Below are positions 19,093-27,286 of a stretch of DNA of 64,000 nucleotides, in pieces. Location of the stretch: positions 32,001 through 96,000 of IMG/VR virus record IMGVR_UViG_3300008119_000003, one strand, 5' to 3'. The notes under the pieces were generated by a model, which searched no databases, had not been told where the DNA came from, and saw only the letters and a program-made list of their open reading frames with translations. The first letter of the stretch is position 1. Each line of letters opens with the position of its first letter. The DNA is from a virus. The translations under genes were made by a program, and so were the position numbers.

Positions 19093-19093
19093 C

Positions 19094-19570
19094 TTAAGCT
19101 GCTTTTAGTTGATAAAAATTATTTGGTAGCACCTTCTCTTCTATAAGTTTGTTAACAATATCCTTTTTAGAGATACCCATACCTTTGAAATCTAAAGTGC
19201 TAATATAGTCAGGATCCGTATGATCAGCAAATGTTTTTACTAAATCTTTTACTAATTGACTATGATGAAATACTTCGGTTAGTCCTTTCGCAACCCATTG
19301 ATTAGCAAGTTCTTGCTTCCATAGGTTCAATACATTCTGGGCTCTCTGATGTACCTTTTGGATACGCTTCTTCTTGTCCCAATGCATAGTTGATAACTCT
19401 TCTTCCGCGTACACCGACAAACCGAATAGTGCACGTTTATAAAGAAAGTTCTGATACGAATTAAATTCGTCACGCTCATACTCCGCGTATCTCTTCTTCT
19501 GGTATTTAGAACCATAGTTTTGATACTCTCCAAGTCTACCTGTGTAGACAACTTTTTGGTAGGATGCCAT
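19094..19570 (-). CDS. Conserved hypothetical phage protein
   Basis: 158 aa; QNFLYKRALFGL...LPNNFY. Confidence 0.65.
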   Translation of the reverse strand: MASYQKVVYTGRLGEYQNYGSKYQKKRYAEYERDEFNSYQNFLYKRALFGLSVYAEEELSTMHWDKKKRIQKVHQRAQNVLNLWKQELANQWVAKGLTEVFHHSQLVKDLVKTFADHTDPDYISTLDFKGMGISKKDIVNKLIEEKVLPNNFYQLKAA

Positions 19571-19596
19571 AATATTATAGGATTTAAATTTTATAC

Positions 19597-19628
19597 AAAA
19601 AAACAGGGGGCTATTACACCCCCTGTTT
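19597..19628 (-). terminator. Intrinsic terminator
   Basis: AAACAGGGGG/CCCCCTGTTT stem with U-tract on the minus strand after 19649-20116. Confidence 0.75.
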
Positions 19629-19648
19629 AATAAATATGTTATATACGA

Positions 19649-20116
19649 TTACAATGTGAAACCTTCTTCAGTATCTGTTGAGCCTGATACTTCTGACTCG
19701 GCATTGGCTAAACGAATAGCCTCGCTGTTATCATGCGCAATCGTCTCATCTTGATCATTCCCACTTGGATTGTAGAATGTCTTACGATAGATAGGCTGAC
19801 CATCTACACAACATACGATACCTGTTGTACCTGCCATCTTATAATCCTTCTCAGGATTCTCAGAGTTAAACGGAACCAAAGATTCTTTGATAACAATTTT
19901 ACCTCCAAGTAATTGACCATCTTGGAAACCAAATTGCTCAAGATCTTCTACAGTACCATGCAATAAAGCACTGATAGGTTTAACTTTAACCCATCCCTTG
20001 TCAGAGATTACTGTACGCTTTTGCTCAACACGAATGTGTCCATACTTACTGTTATCTTTAGACATAACGATAACTTCTCCTGCTTCATTAGCAGTTACTT
20101 TTACTTTACTAACCAT
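19649..20116 (-). CDS. Hypothetical protein, possibly OB-fold ssDNA-binding
   Basis: Beta-rich with acidic tail (TDTEEGFTL) and its own terminator. Confidence 0.6.
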   Translation of the reverse strand: MVSKVKVTANEAGEVIVMSKDNSKYGHIRVEQKRTVISDKGWVKVKPISALLHGTVEDLEQFGFQDGQLLGGKIVIKESLVPFNSENPEKDYKMAGTTGIVCCVDGQPIYRKTFYNPSGNDQDETIAHDNSEAIRLANAESEVSGSTDTEEGFTL

Positions 20117-20145
20117 TTGATTTAAATTTTAAAAATTGGAACTAA

Positions 20146-20427
20146 TTACTCTAGATCTGCACTGAGATCTAACTCGTCAGGATCGTCTGGGAATTCATCC
20201 GGAAAATACTCTTTGTAATAGTAGTCTATGTCCGTTTCATTCTCATCATCCTCATCATCTTCTGTGTCTCTTTCTTCTTTTAGATTAATAGAAGAACCTT
20301 TCCATGGATTATGTACATGCTCACCAATATTCATAGCGACAAGATCTCTTATGTCCTGATCTGTAAGATTCAGTACGTCGCTGATATCCAGCCAGATAGT
20401 CTTTCCATTAGGTAATTGGTAGTACAT
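20146..20427 (-). CDS. Acidic hypothetical protein
   Basis: MYYQLPNGK start; preceded by a TACCTTTG box. Confidence 0.7.
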   Translation of the reverse strand: MYYQLPNGKTIWLDISDVLNLTDQDIRDLVAMNIGEHVHNPWKGSSINLKEERDTEDDEDDENETDIDYYYKEYFPDEFPDDPDELDLSADLE

Positions 20428-20432
20428 TACAT

Positions 20433-20440
20433 CAAAGGTA
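20433..20440 (-). promoter_or_regulatory. TAnnTTTG -7 box
   Basis: Minus-strand TACCTTTG 5 nt before ATG 20427 (near-leaderless transcript). Confidence 0.55.
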
Positions 20441-20496
20441 ATCCCCTTACTAAACTATAACAAGAAAATCAAGAAGGTATACAAACTAAAGTTTAA

Positions 20497-20679
20497 TTAT
20501 ATAGCTAATGCTACGATGCTCAATAACGAACTAACCGCTGTCATAATGACTACAGTTTTCAACACCTTCTTGTGCATAACTAATTGCTCTAGTAAATCCG
20601 CATGCTTAACATGCGTCTCTTTCTTAAATCTTTCGAAGTTGCCCATATAGACAACTCTCTTATCCTGCTCACTGCTCAT
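20497..20679 (-). CDS. Small protein with C-terminal TM segment
   Basis: 60 aa; A-rich leader. Confidence 0.55.
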   Translation of the reverse strand: MSSEQDKRVVYMGNFERFKKETHVKHADLLEQLVMHKKVLKTVVIMTAVSSLLSIVALAI

Positions 20680-20748
20680 ATTAAAAATTTGTTAAAAGTT
20701 GGATAATCAATTAATTATCCTTAATCTTGTACAAGATATCCACAATAT

Positions 20749-21747
20749 ATGAAGCTAACTGCCACTGGTAAACTCGCTAAACAGTATCTCAAGAAGTATC
20801 CTAAACTTCCTATCCTAACAATTGCTAAACTAATGTACTCTGAAAATGAACTGCACTTTAATAGTGTAGATCATGCTCGTTCATCACTTAAGCGTCATTC
20901 AGGACTAGCTGGTGCAGAAACTAGGAAGACTGTAGATCCGGAATTACAAAGACCTATAACATATAATTATGCACCATTCAATGATATACCTAAATCATAC
21001 AAGTCTGGACCTAATGACTTTGTATTACCAGATGATGCTAATCATATTCTTGCTCTTTCTGATATACACTTTCCTTATCATGATGAGGAAGCTCTTGGTG
21101 CTGCTATACAATACGGCATTAACCAAAAGGTTAACACGGTTATTCTTAACGGTGATATTCTAGACTTCTACCAGTTGTCACGCTTTGATAAGGACCCATC
21201 TAAACCTAAAATGCAAGTAGAACTTGAACAAGGTAGATGGTTTATGAAAGCATTGCGTACCGCATTTCCTAAAGCGAGAATCTATTACAAGATTGGTAAC
21301 CACGAGGACCGTTTAGAAAAATGGTTAAAGATTAAGGCTCCTGAATGGATAGGCATGGACGAATTCGAATTAAAGATGTTACTACGATTCGGAGAGAATC
21401 AAATACAACTTATCGATTCATCTGCTACCATCAAGGCCGGTAATCTAAATATTATCCACGGTCATGAATACTTGGGAGGAGGAACTGTTAATCCCGCGCG
21501 TAATCTTTATTTAAAAGCAAAAGCGAGTACAATATGCGGTCACTTCCATAGAAAATCAGAATTTACAACTCGTGATATCAACAATAAAATCCAAGGCGCT
21601 TGGACTACAGGTTGTTTATGCGAGTTATATCCTGAATACATGAAAGGACACAGCGATTGGGTACACGGGTTTGCAGTAATAAAAATAGAAAAGGACGGAT
21701 CCTTTGCAGTAGATAACAAATTAATCATAGACGGAGTAGTATCATAA
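20749..21747 (+). CDS. Calcineurin-like metallophosphoesterase
   Basis: SDIHFP, NGDILD, GNHE, HGH and GHFH motifs. Confidence 0.9.
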   Translation: MKLTATGKLAKQYLKKYPKLPILTIAKLMYSENELHFNSVDHARSSLKRHSGLAGAETRKTVDPELQRPITYNYAPFNDIPKSYKSGPNDFVLPDDANHILALSDIHFPYHDEEALGAAIQYGINQKVNTVILNGDILDFYQLSRFDKDPSKPKMQVELEQGRWFMKALRTAFPKARIYYKIGNHEDRLEKWLKIKAPEWIGMDEFELKMLLRFGENQIQLIDSSATIKAGNLNIIHGHEYLGGGTVNPARNLYLKAKASTICGHFHRKSEFTTRDINNKIQGAWTTGCLCELYPEYMKGHSDWVHGFAVIKIEKDGSFAVDNKLIIDGVVS

Positions 21748-21749
21748 CT

Positions 21750-21971
21750 ATGGCAACATACATCAAAGCTGGGATATACCAGATACCACATACAGAAGAG
21801 CAGATAATACCTGAAGTCTATATAGATCATGGTATGATGCAAATCATTGATGAAGATGAAAATCTTATAATACAACTAACCTACGAAGAACTACGCGGTA
21901 TTATGGCCATCATAGCTGCTGAACAGGAGAAGACCCATTTAAGGATCATCGCCGCTAGCAGAAATAATTAA
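21750..21971 (+). CDS. Hypothetical protein
   Basis: Starts 2 nt after the phosphoesterase stop. Confidence 0.6.
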   Translation: MATYIKAGIYQIPHTEEQIIPEVYIDHGMMQIIDEDENLIIQLTYEELRGIMAIIAAEQEKTHLRIIAASRNN

Positions 21972-22291
21972 CCTACAATCCTATTCCAGATTCTTTTAAA
22001 GAACCCAACTTTAACTACAGTCTCTTCAGGATGTTTGGTAGTATATCTACCCCTATCGATTGCTTGACTGTACTTTTGGCGATATAAAATAAAGGTATCA
22101 TATCTGGAACTATGAATCTTTACTTTACCTTTCCAATTTCCTTCTTCATCCTTATATAGGATGCCTGATTCTTTTAACGCAATTAGGTATTCTCCACCTA
22201 ATCCTTCTGCCCTAGCGGCATAACTGGGTTTCATACCCTCATTAACGCGCTTGCATATATTAGCAAGCCTTTCTTTGGTAACTTTAGCCAT
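21968..22291 (-). CDS. Hypothetical protein, possible HTH
   Basis: Start set at MAKVTKERL, which follows an AAAAACCAACAGA leader. Confidence 0.6.
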   Translation of the reverse strand: MAKVTKERLANICKRVNEGMKPSYAARAEGLGGEYLIALKESGILYKDEEGNWKGKVKIHSSRYDTFILYRQKYSQAIDRGRYTTKHPEETVVKVGFFKRIWNRIVG

Positions 22292-22392
22292 TCTGTTGGT
22301 TTTTAAATTGACATAAATTGAATACCCTAACTGCACAGCGGGACAAAATCATAAACCCCCGCCATGCATTAGGTCTTATCTACTTCTCACCC

Positions 22393-23166
22393 TTAAAAAG
22401 CTAATAATGGTAACCATTCTTGTCTTATGCTTTCTACTTCTTCTCCCCACTGATCACGTTTTCTATTACATGTATCCAAGTCCCAACTGAAATCTATCTT
22501 GCGGTTAAGCATTCTTGCATATCTTACAAGAGCCTGCGTTTCCCATCCGATATTATTATTTGGGTCAGATAATACGTCTAATAAAACATTAATATCTTTA
22601 GCAACATCTACATAATCAGCTATTGCTTGAAGACGATGATGCTGTCCAGCAGATAAATAAGCCTGCATCTTAACTAAATCAAGATCATAGTTACGAAGCA
22701 TAGGATTTGTCTTAATAATAGCTTTGATCAAGTCTTGGCTATTAGTAATCTTACCTAATAATACCTTAACAAAAACAGAATTAGTAGTACTTGAACGTAA
22801 ACCCTGTTTCTCATCTAAGAACCATTCAGCTCCGAAATACTTACACATGTCCTGATACATCTCCGGTTTACCAAACATAATTTGTTTACCAAACCAAAAC
22901 TTAAACTTCTTGGTCGTCTTATCATAAGTACATCCTGAATCGGAATCATTCTTAAGATAAACACCGGTCTTTGGATTCCATTTAGGCATATGCCCAGTAG
23001 ATGCCCAGTACAGATGTGTATCGGTCTCGGCCCTACTGATATCATGGTATCCGATAATGGTACCGTCATAAAACTTAAATCTCTGCTCTTGTAATGGAGC
23101 ATTCTTAATTTCCGCAAATCTTTCACGAGCCAACATAGGTTGGTCCTCAATATAAACTCTTGTCAT
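22393..23166 (-). CDS. Hypothetical protein
   Basis: Long ORF; start set at MTRVYIED because the upstream GTG lies inside a strong hairpin. Confidence 0.7.
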   Translation of the reverse strand: MTRVYIEDQPMLARERFAEIKNAPLQEQRFKFYDGTIIGYHDISRAETDTHLYWASTGHMPKWNPKTGVYLKNDSDSGCTYDKTTKKFKFWFGKQIMFGKPEMYQDMCKYFGAEWFLDEKQGLRSSTTNSVFVKVLLGKITNSQDLIKAIIKTNPMLRNYDLDLVKMQAYLSAGQHHRLQAIADYVDVAKDINVLLDVLSDPNNNIGWETQALVRYARMLNRKIDFSWDLDTCNRKRDQWGEEVESIRQEWLPLLAF

Positions 23167-23286
23167 AAATTGATTTTTAGATTGATAAATAAGGTTACCT
23201 CGCGCCACGGTTGTATAACAGTAATTACTAAACTTTAGGAACCGTTGTCCCTTCGATGAAAAAACTTTGTGACGCGAGGCAATATT

Positions 23287-23442
23287 TTACCACCAGTTAG
23301 TACCACGAGGATTATAGTTCTCGCGAATCTTTGGTTTAAAACTGTCTTCACAACTGTGCACTGTAGTAGCACAAGATGTTAACGCGGCGACGGCCACGAT
23401 TACTGCAAAATAAAGCAGTATATAAAAATTCGATTTCTTCAT
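23287..23442 (-). CDS. Small lipoprotein (51 aa)
   Basis: Manual translation MKKSNFYILLYFAVIVAVAALTSCATTVHSCEDSF...; signal peptide with lipobox LTS-C. Confidence 0.65.
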   Translation of the reverse strand: MKKSNFYILLYFAVIVAVAALTSCATTVHSCEDSFKPKIRENYNPRGTNWW

Positions 23443-23460
23443 AAGGGTTATTATAAAAGG

Positions 23461-23706
23461 TTATTTAATTTCTCCGGCTTCACATAGGTTATCGTCGTAT
23501 CTAAACTTTCCGGTCTTTATCCATTCGATTACCTCATACTTACAAGCAGATTCGATTACCGAACTTGTATTAGTATGAACATCGTAGAGACCAGATTCAT
23601 TTTTCTCGACTTTTCCTGTGAGCACATAAATAAAAAAGATTACTTTGAACATGGGCTTGTAAATTTTTTGGTAGGATGAGCCTATAAGGACGATGATAGT
23701 AAACAA
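23461..23706 (-). CDS. Hypothetical protein (start probably MFKVIFF)
   Basis: ORF track. Confidence 0.45.
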   Translation of the reverse strand: MFTIIVLIGSSYQKIYKPMFKVIFFIYVLTGKVEKNESGLYDVHTNTSSVIESACKYEVIEWIKTGKFRYDDNLCEAGEIK

Positions 23707-23733
23707 AAAACAATAAACGAAATAACAATAGCC

Positions 23734-23919
23734 CTATGCAGGGCTACCGTATTTCATAATCGCATTGTTTAACGAGAGGACTAACTCTATTTGTTCTATG
23801 TCCATATCGTACAGTTCGTCGAACTCCCCTACTGTAAGAGGTTGATCTTCCATAAGAACCTTAATCTTGTTAAGATCCTCTATGAGGGTTATCTTATACA
23901 TTCGGTTTGTCTCCGTCAT
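23734..23919 (-). CDS. Hypothetical protein
   Basis: ORF track. Confidence 0.5.
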   Translation of the reverse strand: MTETNRMYKITLIEDLNKIKVLMEDQPLTVGEFDELYDMDIEQIELVLSLNNAIMKYGSPA

Positions 23920-24154
23920 CGTCTAATAGGTCTAATAGGTTTGCTGTTGCCTCCATATATTTATCCTGTGCTAACTGCAGGTCTCTTGCCGCGAGGTCAT
24001 AGTAACGTTTAGCTTTATGTATAGCATGTTCTCTCGCTAATTCATTTTGCATTGCTATATACTCGGCTTCTTGTTCCTGATAGGCAAATGACTGTGCAAG
24101 TTCTTGTTCGTCCATCATACGTTGGAACTCTTCGCTATTTTTTGTCTTACTCAT
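23894..24154 (-). CDS. Coiled-coil hypothetical protein
   Basis: 86 aa, helical; A-rich leader. Confidence 0.6.
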   Translation of the reverse strand: MSKTKNSEEFQRMMDEQELAQSFAYQEQEAEYIAMQNELAREHAIHKAKRYYDLAARDLQLAQDKYMEATANLLDLLDDDGDKPNV

Positions 24155-24226
24155 TTTAATTTTTTTAGGGTGAAACTTCTACGCCGTAGGATGACTTTAT
24201 GATTGCCATCCTATTACACATAAAAC

Positions 24227-24267
24227 AAAAAAAAGAAATAGAGAGTCATTGCTGACTCATCTATTTC
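24227..24267 (-). terminator. Intrinsic terminator of the DUF2828/TROVE-like gene
   Basis: Minus strand GAAATAGATGAGTCA-GCAA-TGACTCTCTATTTC followed by T8. Confidence 0.8.
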
Positions 24268-24277
24268 ATATACTCGT

Positions 24278-25669
24278 TTAGTCGATTCGTATACAATTGT
24301 ATCGATCCGCACTAATAGTCTTCATCATAACCGCTAATGGCGACAGTTCGTCACCACCTAATACAGACCGAATGATACTCGGACTATACCCGCTAACGAG
24401 GGCAGTATTAATTGTGTTAGCCTTAACAGGTACATTGCCTAAACGACCGTTAACATTCCAAAAGATTATGCCCGGCATCTCATAACCGCAGTGTGCATAC
24501 ATATCTTTGATAGCATCAAAGTTAGTACGTATACCACAGGCTACATCAAACTCCATGTCACTGATAATCAGTAACTTGGTTGGCATATCTTCCTGTGCTA
24601 CCTTACCTGCAACAGCACGGTCTAGTAACACTGTGAATGTTTTATTTAGGTCTGTATTCATACCCCAATTTGCTCTACCAAGATTGAATACTTTCTCTGA
24701 AAGAGTATTGCCTTCTATCTTGTGGAACTGTGGGCTCTCACTGAACGTTAACACCAAATCCTTGAAAGGACCTTCGTTACGTTCAGAGATATACAAACCT
24801 AATCCTATAGATACTTCCATAGGTTGGCCCATCATACTACCTGATACGTCGCAGACAGGTAAGATTCTATCCTTGCACCCTTCCATATAGTTAGGTAACG
24901 ACTTCCACATAGCATCATATGCCTTTGTGTTAAAGCCGTCAACATTAACCTTGTGAACTAAATCACTTGGGAATAATACAGAAGCATTCATCTTCTCCTT
25001 ACCGTCCATAACATCGCTGATATAAGACTGATATCTTATACCATCGTGTCTATGAAATGCCTGTACATATCTCTTACCTGCAACAGAAGGTACCTTGCTA
25101 TACTGAATAGTTTCCCATTCGTTAGCACACATCTTCTGCTCCACGGTATTAGACATAGAGGTAAGTCTTCTACGGAATGTACCTGCTGATACACCGAGAT
25201 ACTTATGCATACCTACAAACCATTCTCCCTTACGTGGGAACCATTTGGCTAATAGGTTAGCGTTAGCATTCTCGTCTAGTTGGTGCTTTAGCCAATTAAG
25301 AGTATCATCACTTGGTCTTTCTATGATAAAGATATCCTTCCAATACCCAAACGTTGGGATATGGATAGCTACCTGATCATATACTTCACCATCTAGTGTC
25401 ATTAGATTTCTCATAATTACCTGAAAGAATCGCTTCTCTCCCGCACCACCACGTGCATCTCTTGCCCAAAATAGAATCTTAAGAGCAGTTAACTTATCCT
25501 CGCGATATGCTCGGGTAAATGCTTTTATGATATCTTGTTCAGACATAAAACGGCTCGCACCTGCTATAAAGAACAGGTCAAGACAGTCAATACCTGCAGT
25601 ACTATGTGTAACTGCGCCGTTATTGGTAAGACTATCGTTAGAAAACATCGCATTTGTAAAAGCGTCCAT
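24278..25669 (-). CDS. DUF2828-family protein (TROVE/Ro60-like helical domain plus C-terminal vWA)
   Basis: TNNGA..HST..CLDLFF, ARDARGGAGE, GYWKD, AKWFPR, YSKVPS, MIDAS VCDVSGSM, SDMEFD, IFWNV and LVSGYS motifs. Confidence 0.85.
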   Translation of the reverse strand: MDAFTNAMFSNDSLTNNGAVTHSTAGIDCLDLFFIAGASRFMSEQDIIKAFTRAYREDKLTALKILFWARDARGGAGEKRFFQVIMRNLMTLDGEVYDQVAIHIPTFGYWKDIFIIERPSDDTLNWLKHQLDENANANLLAKWFPRKGEWFVGMHKYLGVSAGTFRRRLTSMSNTVEQKMCANEWETIQYSKVPSVAGKRYVQAFHRHDGIRYQSYISDVMDGKEKMNASVLFPSDLVHKVNVDGFNTKAYDAMWKSLPNYMEGCKDRILPVCDVSGSMMGQPMEVSIGLGLYISERNEGPFKDLVLTFSESPQFHKIEGNTLSEKVFNLGRANWGMNTDLNKTFTVLLDRAVAGKVAQEDMPTKLLIISDMEFDVACGIRTNFDAIKDMYAHCGYEMPGIIFWNVNGRLGNVPVKANTINTALVSGYSPSIIRSVLGGDELSPLAVMMKTISADRYNCIRID

Positions 25670-25700
25670 AGGTAAAAAGGTTTTGGTTAAACATTAATTT

Positions 25701-25792
25701 AGAGGGGTAGGCCACGAGTATCACTACTCGGCTTTGCACGTACGACAGAATGAAGAGAGCCTTACAGTTAACTGCTGTGGCCTACCATCTCT
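25701..25792 (-). ncRNA. CAGCA-motif structured element D (divergent; interleaved with element C)
   Basis: Minus strand GGTAGGCCA-CAGCAG...TGGCCTACC stem, extended by AGAG/CTCT; internal CGAGTA/TACTCG hairpin. Confidence 0.45.
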
Positions 25793-25865
25793 TGGTATGG
25801 GACTTACCCCATACCGTTAGCATTGTATTATTAGTTTTACAGTGCTGACTCATTCTTTAACGTGC
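25736..25865 (-). ncRNA. CAGCA-motif structured element C
   Basis: Outer stem GCACGT/ACGTGC; AGAATGA-GT-CAGCACTGTAAAACTA...TCATTCT-GT; inserted GGTATGGG/CCCATACC hairpin. Confidence 0.6.
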
Positions 25866-25868
25866 TAA

Positions 25869-25955
25869 TGTCTTTATGTTAAACAGAATAGTTGTTTAAC
25901 CTTATTTAATTGTAGTTTTAATAGTGCTGAACTATCCTTCACTAACATAAAGACA
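25869..25955 (-). ncRNA. CAGCA-motif structured element B
   Basis: Perfect 13-bp outer stem TGTCTTTATGTTA/TAACATAAAGACA; AGGATAGTT-CAGCACTATTAAAACTA...AACTATTCT-GT. Confidence 0.65.
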
Positions 25956-25957
25956 GG

Positions 25958-26029
25958 TTGTAAAGATACAGAATGCATTTAACTTCCCATAGTTTGTTTA
26001 TAGTGCTGTTAGCATTCTTCCCTTTACAA
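25958..26029 (-). ncRNA. CAGCA-motif structured element A
   Basis: Outer stem TTGTAAAG/CTTTACAA; AGAATGC-TAA-CAGCACTATAAACAAACTA...GCATTCT-GT. Confidence 0.65.
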
Positions 26030-26031
26030 TA

Positions 26032-26298
26032 TCAATACTGAATACGATCAGACTCATCGCCGTCCCAAAAGTCGGCTTCGCTAAAACCACCTTTGTAACT
26101 ATCGGTAAGTTCGCGGATAGCATCTTCGGTAAAACATTCTTCTATGTTACCTTGTCTAACATATACCAACGACTTCTCCTGTAATAGGGCTTCGTAATGG
26201 TCTATAATAGTGGCAACACAAACGTTAGGCATAACCTTGCCGTCGTAGAGATTAGTAAACTTTCTCTCAACGGCAGAACGGGCAGACATTTTATCCAT
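26032..26298 (-). CDS. Hypothetical protein
   Basis: 88 aa. Confidence 0.6.
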   Translation of the reverse strand: MDKMSARSAVERKFTNLYDGKVMPNVCVATIIDHYEALLQEKSLVYVRQGNIEECFTEDAIRELTDSYKGGFSEADFWDGDESDRIQY

Positions 26299-26301
26299 AG
26301 T

Positions 26302-26565
26302 CTAATAGATATCGTGATAAGGTGAATAATAAGTTACTTGATCACTCCCGGGAACGTACCTTTCGAATGTCGCGGTCCTTCCCTTAATAATACCTTTGCC
26401 TGTCAGCCTATAGACTAACTTGGCTAACCACATCGGATATTCCCATACTCGGTAACCTTTCCTATAATACTCCAACATAAGGAATAGAACAGAATAAGAA
26501 TCTCGGGAAGTTATCCACTCGTAGTTATTGTAGGTAGAAACAATAAAGGTTTTCTTACGTAGCAT
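26302..26565 (-). CDS. Hypothetical protein
   Basis: 87 aa, Tyr-rich. Confidence 0.5.
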   Translation of the reverse strand: MLRKKTFIVSTYNNYEWITSRDSYSVLFLMLEYYRKGYRVWEYPMWLAKLVYRLTGKGIIKGRTATFERYVPGSDQVTYYSPYHDIY

Positions 26566-26762
26566 AAAGCAATACAGTTAATAGGTGAATAGATAAGAAT
26601 AGGTATCATAGAAGGAATACAGCAATAGTTAAATTAACAACCTACCTGCACAATGAATACAGTCTATTGCTATATCCTTCCATAATTTACCTACCATTTT
26701 GACTGATTATCAAGAAGTTAGGGAACAGACCTTGGTTGTCTGTCCCCTTCTCTGCCTCTCGA

Positions 26763-27179
26763 TTAACCGTTAAATGGGTTCAAATCCTCATCATCTTCTA
26801 CCTTCTCCTCTGTCTTTACTGCTTTACGGGTTGTTCCCATCCCGCTGTTAGCCAAACCGAGCATATCCATAACAGCAGAGCTTACTTGATCCTTCAAGAA
26901 GTCGTTATTTGCTACTAAGTTAGCCGCTTTGCGCATCACACTTGTATCCGCTACCACATTACCGTTACTTGTAATGATTAGAGGACAAATCTCTCCGACG
27001 TAGTTCAAACTGAAGAACAAAGGAACGCCGGTATCCTTATCTTCTCTATACTGTTCAGCCTTAACTCGCTTATATTCAGCAAGTTGCTCATCAGTCCCAT
27101 CGACGCCATATACGAATACGTCGACCATTTTGTTGTTCTTACCACGCTTCGGGTAACTGTTTAGATAGTTAATTTTCAT
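26763..27179 (-). CDS. Early hypothetical protein with acidic ...DLNPFNG tail
   Basis: 138 aa; followed by a hairpin at ~26721-26747. Confidence 0.75.
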   Translation of the reverse strand: MKINYLNSYPKRGKNNKMVDVFVYGVDGTDEQLAEYKRVKAEQYREDKDTGVPLFFSLNYVGEICPLIITSNGNVVADTSVMRKAANLVANNDFLKDQVSSAVMDMLGLANSGMGTTRKAVKTEEKVEDDEDLNPFNG

Positions 27180-27250
27180 TACTACTTGTTTATAGGGTTT
27201 ATATAAAATTGTTTAACCGTCACATCGGCAAGCGAAGCGAACGGGAAATG

Positions 27251-27286
27251 AGGAAAGGGCAAGAGAAATAAAAAATGAGAGAGCAG
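27251..27286 (-). promoter_or_regulatory. Repeated early-region motif, copy 1
   Basis: Minus strand CTGCTCTCTCATTTTTTATTTCTCTTGCCCTTTCCT. Confidence 0.55.

Noticed and set aside
25701-26029. CRISPR-array interpretation of the repeats
   Set aside because: The units are not identical direct repeats with unique equal-length spacers; conservation is structural with compensatory changes, and there are no cas genes in the window.
26777-26787. GGTTCAAATCC resembling a tRNA T-loop
   Set aside because: It is the antisense of the codons for DLNP at the end of 26763-27179; no acceptor, D or anticodon arms can be built around it.
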